Assembly (NCBI GenBank): GCA_018396535.1
Contig: JAGTQC010000005.1
Span: 32,001 to 96,000 of the forward strand
Direction of reading: 5' to 3'
Length of the DNA: 64,000 nucleotides
Origin: Candidatus Bathyarchaeota archaeon
GTDB taxonomy: Archaea; Thermoproteota; CALKCG01; B24; DRYS01
The notes beneath the pieces are model-generated. The model did not search any database, was not told the origin of the DNA, and was given only the letters and a program-made list of their open reading frames with translations. Position numbers and translations under genes: made by a program. Position 1 is the first letter of the stretch, and each line of letters begins with the position of its first letter. Positions 1 to 10,201 of the stretch are shown in pieces.

Positions 1-102
1 TACCGGATACGAGGCTTATCCGAGCGTTTTCTACTCCTATTACTGGGAATCCTGGTAGATAACTTAACGTAGCGTATACTGCGGACATGTATATAATTAA
101 TG

Positions 103-135
103 CTAGGCTCCTAGTATGCAATACTAGGAGTCTAG
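103..135. repeat. Inverted repeat / hairpin (CTAGGCTCCTAGTAT-GCA-ATACTAGGAGTCTAG)
   Basis: Perfect 10-bp stem CTCCTAGTAT/ATACTAGGAG with a 3-nt loop, extendable to 15 bp with one G-T pair, in apparently non-coding DNA. Confidence 0.6.
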
Positions 136-286
136 ATTTACTTGTTATTCAACCTAATAAGCTTGGTGTATATAGTATACATTAACATCTTACTGTAATC
201 ATAATACTCATTGTTTAGCTACATGGGTTTAGACTTGTTAGAGAGAATAGTTAATAGCTTAATTATTCAACCTTATATATTCAACC

Positions 287-1225
287 TTGAAAGCTATACG
301 TGTTTATAAGGATAATGCTGAGATCATAGATATGGAAATAGAAAAACCTCGTAGAAACGAGGTTTTAGTCGAGACGAAGGCTTGCGGTATATGTATGAGT
401 GAAGTATATATGTTTACGGGTAAGCTTCCTGGTGGTAGAGTTGCTGGGCATGAAGGCGTAGGGGTTATAGCAGCTTTAGGTGAGGATGTAGTCGGTGTAG
501 ATATTGGTGATAGGGTTACAACCCTCGGTGGACCAGCTTTCGCAGAATACTATAAAACTAGTATCCATAACATCGAGAAGATACCTAGTTATGTCAATGA
601 TGAGGATATAGTGTATTGGATATCTGAACCGCTTGCATGCGTAGTTAACGCTATTAAAGGTTCGAAGCTAAAAGCCGGGGATGATGTATGTGTAATCGGA
701 TGCGGTTACATGGGTCTGCTAATAATACAAGCTCTACCTAAGAGTATTCTGGGTGAGCTTATAGCAGTAGATATCCGTGAAGATAGGCTTAGGCTAGCTG
801 AAAAATTCGGTGCTGATCATATCTTAGATGCTAGGAAAGCTGATATCGTAAGCGAGGTGCATAGGATATTGGGTGGTTACGTCGATGTAGTTATAGAAGC
901 ATCAGGAGCTAAAGGTACTATACACACAGCTACAGAACTTTTACGTCCAGGTGGTAAGCTGATTCTATTCGGTTGGCATGTAGAGGATGAAATCGTACCT
1001 ACAAGTCTATGGCATACTAAAGGTTTAGTAATCCTTAATACATCTCCAGCGTTTTCGCTAGATTTCAATAGAGATTTTCATGATGCTGTGAAGCTTCTAA
1101 AGAAGGGGGTATTCGATCAGAGCCTCCTCATAACTCATAGATTCCATTATACAGAAGCTCAGAAAGCTTTTAAGATAGCATTGGAAAAACCGGAAGGATT
1201 CATTAAAGCGGTTATAACATTCTAA
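287..1225 (+). CDS. Zn-dependent medium-chain alcohol/polyol dehydrogenase (MDR family)
   Basis: CGIC and GHEGVG catalytic Zn motifs, GCGYMG Rossmann motif; lacks the 4-Cys structural Zn lobe; TTG start. Confidence 0.85.
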   Translation: MKAIRVYKDNAEIIDMEIEKPRRNEVLVETKACGICMSEVYMFTGKLPGGRVAGHEGVGVIAALGEDVVGVDIGDRVTTLGGPAFAEYYKTSIHNIEKIPSYVNDEDIVYWISEPLACVVNAIKGSKLKAGDDVCVIGCGYMGLLIIQALPKSILGELIAVDIREDRLRLAEKFGADHILDARKADIVSEVHRILGGYVDVVIEASGAKGTIHTATELLRPGGKLILFGWHVEDEIVPTSLWHTKGLVILNTSPAFSLDFNRDFHDAVKLLKKGVFDQSLLITHRFHYTEAQKAFKIALEKPEGFIKAVITF

Positions 1226-1318
1226 ACTCAAGAATCGATTATTTTCATTATTCTCAGCAAATATATTTATCTTATATAAAAGAGAAAAAGAAATATTATG
1301 TATAATCTATATTTAAGG

Positions 1319-1651
1319 CTAAACAGATTCTACAGTTATATCTAATATATCTCCTTTCTTTATTGATTCTGATGCTTTAACCTTCTTAGAGAAGTCGCTT
1401 ATCTTCATTAAAAGCCATATATTTGTTTTATCTCCCTTCTTTTTAGTAGTATCTGCTACTGTTTCTATCACACCTAGCTTTGAGACAGTTACTTTAAGTT
1501 TCGTTTTGTCACGTTCTACATCAGATTCTAGTGTAAACTCTTTTCTTCTTTCATCGTATGTGAATAATTCACTAAGGCTAACTTCAGCTCCTGCATTTAC
1601 ATCTTTATCTGCTTTTAAACTGATTTTACCTACTATCGGCATATCTATCAC
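1319..1651 (-). CDS. Hypothetical small Lys-rich protein in an AT-rich segment
   Basis: 110-aa ORF with AGGTGA SD-like site and TATA-rich upstream region; no family recognised. Confidence 0.65.
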   Translation of the reverse strand: MIDMPIVGKISLKADKDVNAGAEVSLSELFTYDERRKEFTLESDVERDKTKLKVTVSKLGVIETVADTTKKKGDKTNIWLLMKISDFSKKVKASESIKKGDILDITVESV

Positions 1652-1910
1652 CTATATTTACCTAATATATATTATATATAAATATGCCCCGAATATATAG
1701 GCTTTACCTATGGTTTGCTTACGCTTATAATTTTATATTGCTATTTTGCTGTATGTTTAAGCTAATTGTCTAGCTGTATACATGTATAATTATATCTTTT
1801 ACTTTAATGCGGCTCTGTATTTGTATATAGGTTAGATAAATCGATGTATTATAGAAAGATTTACCTTATACCTCACTAGCTCTTAGATAGGGTTTGGGGG
1901 CATCTATAGG

Positions 1911-2849
1911 ATGGGGATTAGAGAATCGTTTAGAGGTCTAGATATCCTAACTCTACAAGAGCTTAGTAGTGAGCAGATAGCATTTCTACTAGGCTTAGCT
2001 ATGGATATGAAGGAGAGAGTAGATCGTTATGAAGGTTTACTCAAAGGTAAGGTTTTAGCTATGATATTCGAGAAGCCTTCAACTAGGACTAGGGTTTCGT
2101 TCGAGGTCGCAATGTATAAGCTCGGAGGCTATGCGTTGAATCTGAGATGGGATGAGCTTCAACTTAGTCGTGGAGAGCCTATCAAGGATACTGCCAGAGT
2201 TTTAAGTAGGTATGTAGATGCTATCATGGCTAGAGTCTATAAGCATAGTGATCTAGAGGAGCTTGCTAAGTATGCTTCGATACCAGTTATAAACGGTTTA
2301 AGTGACTTATGGCATCCATGTCAGATTCTGGCAGATCTCCTAACTATAAAGGAGGTTAAGGGTGGGTTTAGAGGTGTGAAGCTAGCGTATATCGGTGATG
2401 GTAATAATGTATGTAATACACTTTTAGTGGGTTGTAGTAAGGTCGGTGTAGATGTGAGTGTAGCCTGTCCTAGAGGATATGAGCCTAGCCCTAGAGCTTT
2501 AGAATGGGCTTATGAGAATTCACGTATAAGTGGATCTAAGGTGGAGGTTCTTGAGAATCCTGTAGAAGCTGTTAAGAATGCAGACGTAGTGTATACTGAT
2601 GTATTTATCTCCATGGGGTTTGAGTCTGAAGCTGAAGAAAGGAGGAGGATCTTCCTACCTAGGTATAGAGTTGATGCTAAGCTTATGAGTTATGCTAAAC
2701 CGGATGCGGTATTTATGCATTGTCTACCAGCTCATAGAGATGAAGAAGTCGATGAGGAGGTATTGGAAGGGAAGAGCTCCGTCGTCTGGCTTCAAGCTGA
2801 GAATAGGTTATATGCTCAGATGGCTCTCCTATACCTTATACTGGGCTGA
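1911..2849 (+). CDS. argF: Ornithine carbamoyltransferase
   Basis: FEKPSTRTR, HPCQ, SMG and HCLP motifs. Confidence 0.97.
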   Translation: MGIRESFRGLDILTLQELSSEQIAFLLGLAMDMKERVDRYEGLLKGKVLAMIFEKPSTRTRVSFEVAMYKLGGYALNLRWDELQLSRGEPIKDTARVLSRYVDAIMARVYKHSDLEELAKYASIPVINGLSDLWHPCQILADLLTIKEVKGGFRGVKLAYIGDGNNVCNTLLVGCSKVGVDVSVACPRGYEPSPRALEWAYENSRISGSKVEVLENPVEAVKNADVVYTDVFISMGFESEAEERRRIFLPRYRVDAKLMSYAKPDAVFMHCLPAHRDEEVDEEVLEGKSSVVWLQAENRLYAQMALLYLILG

Positions 2850-2858
2850 TGGTGGGTT

Positions 2859-3665
2859 TTGAGATCGATATTAGTGGTAGCATCTAAGATGGATCCTGTA
2901 GGAATCTCAGCATCGAAGATATTGGTGGAGAAATATGGGTTAGAAAAGCGTCTAGATGACCGTTATACTGGTATGGTAGCAGGTATCGATTTAGAATTAT
3001 GGTTGATAGATGTAGATTCCATATACGCCGATATGGTTGAAGCAGAAGCTCATGATCTTATAATATTTATCTCTAGGCATGAGGCACGTATACCTAGACC
3101 AATGCTTCTAGTTCATCCTACCGGTAACCTTTCTGATGAAGCCTTGTTTGGCGGTAAGCCTAGATGCCTATCTATAGCTGCAGCTGAAGCTATGGCTTCT
3201 GTTTTAAGAATGCTAAAGTATGAAGCTTCTAGGAGAGGGTTAAATTATATCGTATCTTATGAAGCAACTCATCATGGGCCTACGGTGAATAAGCCAATCC
3301 TATTCGTTGAAGTTGGTAGTACTATTAGGGAGTGGAGTGATAGAGCTGCCCTTGAAGTTGTAGTCGAAGCCGTAGTATCTGCTACTAGATCAGAATCTAG
3401 GAGTGAAGCTGCGATAGGTGTAGGTGGCTCACACTATAACTCTAACTTTACATCTCTATGTCTTAGTAGACGCTATGTATTCGGGCATATGATTCCGGGG
3501 CATGTAGCGTGGGCTATAGATAGAGAGATGTTCTCTAAATGTATAGATATGACGTTGGAGGATGTCAGGTATGCGATATTCGATTGGGATAATATAAGAT
3601 CTTCAGATAGATCTAGAATTATAGGTTATGCTAGGGATGCAGGGTTGGAGATAGTTAAAGTTTAA
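2859..3665 (+). CDS. dtdA: Archaeal D-aminoacyl-tRNA deacylase (DTD2)
   Basis: SRH, HPTGN, EATHHGPT, VEVGS and GGSHY motifs; next to secE/spt5. Confidence 0.93.
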   Translation: MRSILVVASKMDPVGISASKILVEKYGLEKRLDDRYTGMVAGIDLELWLIDVDSIYADMVEAEAHDLIIFISRHEARIPRPMLLVHPTGNLSDEALFGGKPRCLSIAAAEAMASVLRMLKYEASRRGLNYIVSYEATHHGPTVNKPILFVEVGSTIREWSDRAALEVVVEAVVSATRSESRSEAAIGVGGSHYNSNFTSLCLSRRYVFGHMIPGHVAWAIDREMFSKCIDMTLEDVRYAIFDWDNIRSSDRSRIIGYARDAGLEIVKV

Positions 3666-3689
3666 TTTTGTGAATCTGATAGTATATTG

Positions 3690-3866
3690 ATGATGGCTAG
3701 TATAATATCAGCAAAGTTTACAGCACTTAGGAGGTTACTTAGGCTTTCGGTTAAACCTACTTGGAAGGAGTATTGGCTTTCGTTAAAGGTATGTCTAATA
3801 GGTATGGGGTTGATAGGTATGGTAGCATTCCTTATAAGGCTTCTAGCATCTCTCATACCTGCCTAG
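3690..3866 (+). CDS. secE: Protein translocase subunit SecE/Sec61-gamma (58 aa, not in ORF track)
   Basis: Manual translation MMASIISAKFTALRRLLRLSVKPTWKEYWLSLKVCLIGMGLIGMVAFLIRLLASLIPA; KPxxxEY motif plus one TM helix; canonical position upstream of spt5. Confidence 0.93.
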   Translation: MMASIISAKFTALRRLLRLSVKPTWKEYWLSLKVCLIGMGLIGMVAFLIRLLASLIPA

Positions 3867-3879
3867 GAGATGGTTAGAT

Positions 3880-4380
3880 ATGAGTAAAGTTTACGATAAG
3901 ACGCGTATATATGCTGTGAAGGTTACGGTCGGCCAGGAGGAGAATGTCGCAGAGATGCTTAGTAATAAGGTAGAAGCCCTCGGTTTACCGTATAGTAAGG
4001 GTATAAAAGCTATCGTGTATAGCCCAGATCTTAAGGGTTACATACTTGTCGAAGCTACAGACCCCGTTCTCATAGATGAGGTTATCCAAGGTGTAAAGCA
4101 TGCGAGGGGTAGGGTTAAATCGAAGTATTCGTATCAGCCTGATTTCATACCTATGGAGGAGGCTTTAAGCTATCTTAAAGCGAAGCCTAGTATAGAGCTC
4201 CTATCTGAAGGCGATATGATTGAGATTACAGGGGGTCCGTTTAAAGGTATGAAGGCTAGAATAATATCTGTGAATAAGGATAGAGGCGAGGTTACCGTAG
4301 AATTACTCGATACACCATATACGATGCCTATCACTATGTATGCAGAGTATGTACGTAAAGTTTCAGAAAAGTCTAGTTAA
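3880..4380 (+). CDS. spt5: Transcription elongation factor Spt5/NusG
   Basis: NGN domain (VTVGQE, KGYILVE) plus KOW motif (GDMIEITGGPFKG). Confidence 0.97.
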   Translation: MSKVYDKTRIYAVKVTVGQEENVAEMLSNKVEALGLPYSKGIKAIVYSPDLKGYILVEATDPVLIDEVIQGVKHARGRVKSKYSYQPDFIPMEEALSYLKAKPSIELLSEGDMIEITGGPFKGMKARIISVNKDRGEVTVELLDTPYTMPITMYAEYVRKVSEKSS

Positions 4381-4409
4381 CCCTTAAATATCGGGTTGAA
4401 GATTCCTTC

Positions 4410-4940
4410 GTGAATGTATCAGATATGTCTACCGGTAGCATGAAAGTGTTGGAGTTTCTCGTAGAGGGTGGTAGCGCATCCCCAGGTCCGCCTATAGGGC
4501 CTGCTCTAGGTCCTCTAGGTCTTAACGTACCTGCTGTCGTTAAAGCGATAAACGAAGCTACAGAGAAGTTTAAGGGTATGCGTGTACCTGTGAAGATATA
4601 TGTCGATGTTAAAACTAAGTCTTATACCATCGAAGTCGGTATACCTACGACTGCGGCTCTACTTCTAAGAGAAGCTGGGTTAGAGAAAGGTTCAGGTGAA
4701 TCTGGTAGGAAGTTTATCGGTGATATATCTTTCGATAAAGTTTTGAAGGTAGCTAGTATTGTCAGGGTTAAGAGTAGAGCTAAGACTTTTAGAAATATTG
4801 TTAAAGAGGTTCTCGGTGTATGTGTTAGTATGGGTTTGAAAATCGATGGAAAGCATCCTAAGGAGGTTATTAGAGATTTAGATAGAGGCCTCTATGATGA
4901 TGCTATAGCTAGAGTTGAAAGAGAGTTTACGTCAAGCTGA
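4410..4940 (+). CDS. rpl11: 50S ribosomal protein L11 (uL11)
   Basis: GGSASPGPPIGPALGPLG motif; true start may be a downstream ATG (4425 or 4440). Confidence 0.97.
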   Translation: MNVSDMSTGSMKVLEFLVEGGSASPGPPIGPALGPLGLNVPAVVKAINEATEKFKGMRVPVKIYVDVKTKSYTIEVGIPTTAALLLREAGLEKGSGESGRKFIGDISFDKVLKVASIVRVKSRAKTFRNIVKEVLGVCVSMGLKIDGKHPKEVIRDLDRGLYDDAIARVEREFTSS

Positions 4941-4943
4941 ATT

Positions 4944-5246
4944 CTAGCATCTACACGGTGTCGATCTACATTTAGGGCAGCCGCATCCATACTTAGATCT
5001 AAGAGCATCTTCCAAATCTATATCTAGGAGATTACAGATGCTTGCAAGCCAAGCCGCTACATCGGCTGCTTCGCTAGCTATCTCACTCTTAGATCCAGAT
5101 GATATAGCTCTACCTAGCTCTATACTCTCCTCTAATAGGTGGAGGTATGTAGCCCATATCCCTCTACCCTTATCTTTATCAAAGTATATCATACGCATAG
5201 CTTCTTGTAGATTCCTGGTGGTTTTCATATCGTATATAGCGGTCAT
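4944..5246 (-). CDS. MazG-like nucleotide pyrophosphohydrolase with C-terminal Cys motif
   Basis: EExxEL...EAADVAAWL motif, YFDKDxxRG and terminal CPKC..PCxC. Confidence 0.85.
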   Translation of the reverse strand: MTAIYDMKTTRNLQEAMRMIYFDKDKGRGIWATYLHLLEESIELGRAISSGSKSEIASEAADVAAWLASICNLLDIDLEDALRSKYGCGCPKCRSTPCRC

Positions 5247-5333
5247 ATCTCGGTAGCATTATATCGTTATCAGTGTAGCTTAACCCTTATATACCTAATA
5301 TACAGTTTAGGGTTGTATTCAGGAGTAGAGGAT

Positions 5334-5501
5334 ATGAGTGGTAGATCACGTAGGAGAAGAGAGCATATGCCTCCTACTAGTGCTGGATTGTTAAGATTCT
5401 TCGAGGAGGAAGTTGGAGGTATTAAGCTTAAGCCTACGGTAGTCGCTATCTTATCGGTAGCTATAATAATTATAAGTATAGTCCTACTGATATTCTTCTA
5501 A
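5334..5501 (+). CDS. secG: Preprotein translocase Sec61-beta subunit
   Basis: SAGLLRFFEEE...KLKP plus one TM helix; ATG at 5334 preferred over TTG at 5313. Confidence 0.92.
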   Translation: MSGRSRRRREHMPPTSAGLLRFFEEEVGGIKLKPTVVAILSVAIIIISIVLLIFF

Positions 5502-5510
5502 ATCCATGTA

Positions 5511-7274
5511 TTAAACTAAAAGCGCTATGTAAGCCATGATTAATATGTTAATGAGAATTATGGTTGTAGGTATAAGCTTCCTTGCATAGCTTATACATGT
5601 TTCGGTAAGTTTATCTATCCTTTCAAGGAATCCTCTACCAATAATCTTAACATCATCAACCTCTACTTCTATATGATCGAATCCTTCAATAGGTTCTAGT
5701 TTAGCTTTTGCTTCTTCAAACACCTTAATGGTCGTAGCTATTATCCTATCGAAAGGTATACCTTCACCTAATGGTTTATATCCTCTACCAGTTACCATAC
5801 CTGTGACAGCGTGAGTATCTGTCGTGAATACTTCTATATATGAAAGCCCTCTATCCCTCATACTAGATATTATAGCCTCCCTAAGCTTTGGAAGCATATT
5901 ATTCGAATCGTATACTATATAGCCTTCAAGCCTGCCAGGTGTTTTGAATAAAGCCACTGTTACGCCACCAGGCCCAACTCCATCGGTAGGGGTGTAATCC
6001 TCTATGGGGTTTGTAGCTATAGCTATACTTGCAGGATAGGTTTCAGTACTCCTTAATATCTCTATCATTTTAAAGGCTAGGCTCCGTATAGATGCATAGC
6101 TATATTCGTCGCCGCCTTCTCTAGATTCTATAGAATTGTGACAGTCTATGATGTATATAGCATCTAATCCAATCCTCTTAGATATATTGGAGAATTCCTC
6201 TTGGATACTTAAAGGTATATCTTCAGTATGTTTCGGTGCTCTAGTGAAGCATAGGAGAATGACTTTATCTATCAGATGCCCTATACATCTATCCTCCCCA
6301 TCTGATATCTCCATTATGCTAGAGATCTTTACAGGCTTAAACTCTATCCTACTTCGTGCTGTAGATACAGCTTCGGCTATCCTCTCATAGTACTTAGATG
6401 ATGTAAGATCGTTCTCATGCGTAGATGCACCGTGGAATACTATCGCACAATCAACGTTTAATACCGATTCAACTATGGATTTAAGTTTCGAAGGCATATA
6501 GCTACTACCTACATTTAGGAATGGTCCACTATGTATGAATGGTATTACAGCTGCGTATAGTCTCTCTCGAGTTTTGAATAGGAGTATAGCTATCCTGGCT
6601 TTAGAACGTGATCCATGGTTATCTAGGAGTTCTTCTATGACACCATGATCACCCTCCATCCAGCATAGTAGGAATCCGTAGAAGTATCTTGGAAAACTTA
6701 AGCCTGTAGTTTTCATCCCCCTCCGCTCTATCATCTTTAAGATTGATAAGGATATAGCAAAGCCTAGTATAGACCATAGTAGAGGTATGAAGTCTACTCT
6801 ATTTAGCCATACCATAGTTGAATAACATAGTATGGTTGGTTGTAGAGCGAGTATAGATTTCCATAGATGTCTAACCTTTGATATACTCCATATCACGAGT
6901 GTTCTTAGATATACTGCTATACATATCGAGGATTGGATAGCATATACCGTCGCGCTTCTCCCTATAGCTACTATAACTCCTAGTATGTAGAGTATGATGA
7001 TAGCGTTAGAGATAGATGAAAGGGCTAGTATCCTTCTAATCTTCAGTACTGGATCATATCTTTTGAAGTATAGTATTGATAGATCTGCTATGCATGAAGT
7101 ATAGCTTGAGAGTATTACGATGGGTAGCATGCTCGTATCGGATGCTAACGTATAAGCTATAAAGGTTATAGTGGATAGGTATATAGGGATTATAATCTTG
7201 GTATCTGGTAGCTTGAATAGGTATCTATACCTACGGACTAAGCTATCGTGATGTATAGACATATAGAGTGACAC
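5511..7274 (-). CDS. DUF2070 family membrane protein
   Basis: N-terminal TM helices; HSGPF, HGASTHEND, DCHN, DSNN and TTDTH motifs; usual neighbour of Sec61-beta. Confidence 0.85.
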   Translation of the reverse strand: MSLYMSIHHDSLVRRYRYLFKLPDTKIIIPIYLSTITFIAYTLASDTSMLPIVILSSYTSCIADLSILYFKRYDPVLKIRRILALSSISNAIIILYILGVIVAIGRSATVYAIQSSICIAVYLRTLVIWSISKVRHLWKSILALQPTILCYSTMVWLNRVDFIPLLWSILGFAISLSILKMIERRGMKTTGLSFPRYFYGFLLCWMEGDHGVIEELLDNHGSRSKARIAILLFKTRERLYAAVIPFIHSGPFLNVGSSYMPSKLKSIVESVLNVDCAIVFHGASTHENDLTSSKYYERIAEAVSTARSRIEFKPVKISSIMEISDGEDRCIGHLIDKVILLCFTRAPKHTEDIPLSIQEEFSNISKRIGLDAIYIIDCHNSIESREGGDEYSYASIRSLAFKMIEILRSTETYPASIAIATNPIEDYTPTDGVGPGGVTVALFKTPGRLEGYIVYDSNNMLPKLREAIISSMRDRGLSYIEVFTTDTHAVTGMVTGRGYKPLGEGIPFDRIIATTIKVFEEAKAKLEPIEGFDHIEVEVDDVKIIGRGFLERIDKLTETCISYARKLIPTTIILINILIMAYIALLV

Positions 7275-7410
7275 CCAACTATACTAGACTATATGGTTTT
7301 ATCGTAGAGTAGAATTATTGTCGTTTTCAACCTATATTTAAAGTTCGTACTGGTATGCCGCAACTATTTTAGTATTGAATTGTAGTCTAGATAGGTAGAG
7401 GATACAGTCG

Positions 7411-8916
7411 ATGAGTATGGATATTAATTCGCTGATAGAAGCTATCCTCTCTATTAGGAAGGATCTTAGTAGAGATGATATCTTAAGGATGATAGAGGAG
7501 AAGAAGAGGGAATTTTTAGGTTTCCTAAGTGATGAGGGGGCAGCTCTCATATTAGCTCAAGAGCTAGGTTTAACTATGGAGTCTACTAGTAGTGGGTATA
7601 GTGAAACAAAGCTATCTAGTCTAGTCCCAGGTCTTAGGAGTGTTAGCGTTAAGGGTAGGATTGTATCTGTAAAAGAGCCTACTAAGTTTACCAGAAGCTA
7701 CGGTAGGGAGGGTGTCGTCCAGAGGGTTACCATTATGGATGATGATGGGGCTATCGTCGATATAGTACTCTGGGATGACAGTGTAGAAAGGTTTAGTAGA
7801 CTTGGCGTAGGATATGGATCCCTTATCAGGATTAGATCAGGGTATACAAGGGAGGGATTGGGTGGCAGGGTTGAAGTACATGTAGGTAGAAGAAGTGATA
7901 TAGAGGTTATAGAAAGATATCCTAGCGAATACGAGTTTACACCTATATGCGATCTCAAACCCGATGGATACTTTAACGTAAAAGCTACTCTATGTATGGT
8001 TTACCCTTTGAAAAGTGTTAGAGATGAAGGTGCTGTAAGATTCGTTAGAGCTAGGATAGCTGATGAAACTGGATGGGTTAACCTACTTGTATGGGGTGTT
8101 AAAGCTGATGAGCTATTATCCCAAAACCCCTCTATAGGGGTTGTGGTTAAGGTGTATAATGGCTTCGTTAAGAGGAGGCTTGATGGGTCGTTAGAGCTGC
8201 ATGTAGGTAGGATCGGTAGGGTGGAGGTTACAGGTGAGCGTAGTATTCTACCCTTGAAATATGTGAAGGTATCTCAGCTTAAACTCGGATCTAGGGTTGA
8301 TATGCTTCTAAGATTGCTAACTTATAACTTTAGGAAGCTTAGTAGTGGTAGGAGAAGGGTGAAGATGCTTTGTTGGGATGGGGAGGATATGATACGTTTA
8401 ACTATATGGGAGGAAGCCCTATCGTATATCGAAAACTCTCTAGATATGTTGAAGCCTAACGATGTAATACTAATCCAGCTCGGTAGGGTTAGGGAGAGGA
8501 TAGGTATGGTGGAGGTCGATGTAGATGGTAGCGGCTATGTATATGTGAACCCTCAGTTCGTAGTAGATCCTCCACCTCCATACCAGTTTAAACATGTAAA
8601 GATAGGTGAGCTTAAAGAGGGATGTATTTATGAATCAATCAGGGGAGTAGTATTGACTAAACCATCGGTTAGAGAAGTCGGATCAGATGATCGTAAAGTG
8701 AAGGTTTCTACGATCCGTATCGGTGATGACACAGGGACTATCGATTTAACACTCTGGAGGGATTGTGTCGATAAGGTATCGGAGATCGATATAGGTGAAC
8801 TCGTAGAGTTTAGGTGGATAGTAGTTAGAAGGAGTAGTTTAGATGGTATCGAAGCCTCCACTACCATCTTCTCCGATGTATTAAGATTAGGGAGACCTAC
8901 CTCTGCTTCATCTTAA
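7411..8916 (+). CDS. rpa: Replication protein A (multi-OB-fold ssDNA-binding protein)
   Basis: N-terminal helical domain (LSDEGAALILAQELG) and about four OB folds with DxTG...LW motifs. Confidence 0.88.
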   Translation: MSMDINSLIEAILSIRKDLSRDDILRMIEEKKREFLGFLSDEGAALILAQELGLTMESTSSGYSETKLSSLVPGLRSVSVKGRIVSVKEPTKFTRSYGREGVVQRVTIMDDDGAIVDIVLWDDSVERFSRLGVGYGSLIRIRSGYTREGLGGRVEVHVGRRSDIEVIERYPSEYEFTPICDLKPDGYFNVKATLCMVYPLKSVRDEGAVRFVRARIADETGWVNLLVWGVKADELLSQNPSIGVVVKVYNGFVKRRLDGSLELHVGRIGRVEVTGERSILPLKYVKVSQLKLGSRVDMLLRLLTYNFRKLSSGRRRVKMLCWDGEDMIRLTIWEEALSYIENSLDMLKPNDVILIQLGRVRERIGMVEVDVDGSGYVYVNPQFVVDPPPPYQFKHVKIGELKEGCIYESIRGVVLTKPSVREVGSDDRKVKVSTIRIGDDTGTIDLTLWRDCVDKVSEIDIGELVEFRWIVVRRSSLDGIEASTTIFSDVLRLGRPTSASS

Positions 8917-10201
8917 CTAACATTCTAAGAGCCTCGATTATTATCGATAATCCGTCTGATAGAGTTTCATCTGGTATATCAAGTGTAGGTGTTATCCTCA
9001 GAACACCTGTCCCATACTCCTTGACTATTAACCCTCTGTAGAGAGATAGTATCGAAGCCACCTTAGCATCCTCGTATCCTAGATTTAGCCCTATACTAAG
9101 ACCCATACCCTCAACTTCCGCATCGATTTGAAGTTCGGATACGGTATCGGATAGAGTTTTAGTTATTCTCCTACCTATATCCAACGCTCTAGTTATAAGC
9201 TGCTCTTTTATTAAAATCTCTACTATAGTGATAGCTATACGCATAGCTAGGATCGGTATAACACCGTATACCGGCGTCAACCCAGGCTCCCAATCCATAA
9301 CTTTATCTCTAGCTACCAGAATCCCCAGGGGCATACCGTTAGAGAAACCCTCTCCTATGATATACATGTCTGCTTTAACATCCCACGCTTCAAGACTAAA
9401 CCATCGCCCACATCTACCTGGTGATGTAAACGTTTCACAATCTACTAGGAGTATACCGTATTCTCTAGCTATCTTAGCTAGTTTAGGAATATAGTCTCTA
9501 GGTGGTGGTGTTAAATCATAGCTTCTCGGGGTTTGGATGAATATAGCAGCTATATCCTCTGGATGTACTCTATGTAATGTATGTTCCTCGAAAAACTCTA
9601 TACAATATATATCACAATCTGGATACTTTAGCCTGAACGGGCATTTAGAGCATTTAGGGTATGGTATATCGACTACATGCATAGGTTGGAGATCTACTCC
9701 AAGTTTAACATGCCGCTTCGATGATATAGTGATCCCGCCTATCCCTCCTCCAAACCAACATCCATCTAGTACCGCTATTATCGGTCTCCGTGTATGCCAT
9801 AGAGCTAGTTTTAAAGCTTCTTCGCATGCCTCCCAGCTTGACGAAACTGTATGGATCCTGCACGGTTTTATCGGAGCTATCTTATATAGCGTATCTAGAA
9901 ATTCGACAAGTATATCTCCATAATAATCTAGCGTAGGATAACAGTATATGGAGCTGGATATAGTATCTACTATAGTCTTCTTGATCTCTTCCCTAGATGG
10001 GGTTAAAGTTATTCTGCCAAATCCCGAATCGAAATCTATAAGCATATTTCCATCTGCATCCTTTAGGTAACTTTCATAGAAGTGTGAAACGGCTAAAGGA
10101 TAGCTTCTACGTATGGAAGGAGATATTAGGCTATCGATCTTCGCAGCTATAGTTCTAGAATTCTTGCCTGGAGGGATGGAGGATAATCTACTATGCTTCA
10201 T
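8897..10201 (-). CDS. Class III aminotransferase-fold protein, apparently degenerate (PLP lysine replaced by Glu)
   Basis: Overall GabT/ArgD-like fold (DADGN..IDF, GRCG.WF, G.P.G), but IIGEGFSNGMPLG stands in place of the xxAKGxxGGxPLG motif. Confidence 0.8.
   Translation of the reverse strand: MKHSRLSSIPPGKNSRTIAAKIDSLISPSIRRSYPLAVSHFYESYLKDADGNMLIDFDSGFGRITLTPSREEIKKTIVDTISSSIYCYPTLDYYGDILVEFLDTLYKIAPIKPCRIHTVSSSWEACEEALKLALWHTRRPIIAVLDGCWFGGGIGGITISSKRHVKLGVDLQPMHVVDIPYPKCSKCPFRLKYPDCDIYCIEFFEEHTLHRVHPEDIAAIFIQTPRSYDLTPPPRDYIPKLAKIAREYGILLVDCETFTSPGRCGRWFSLEAWDVKADMYIIGEGFSNGMPLGILVARDKVMDWEPGLTPVYGVIPILAMRIAITIVEILIKEQLITRALDIGRRITKTLSDTVSELQIDAEVEGMGLSIGLNLGYEDAKVASILSLYRGLIVKEYGTGVLRITPTLDIPDETLSDGLSIIIEALRMLVKMKQR

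Noticed and set aside
1-84. Possible 3' end of an upstream gene
   Set aside because: All three + frames stop within about 85 nt and no motif is recognisable, so it is too short to assign.
3662-3856. 64-aa minus-strand ORF
   Set aside because: It is the antisense shadow of secE (3690-3866, +).
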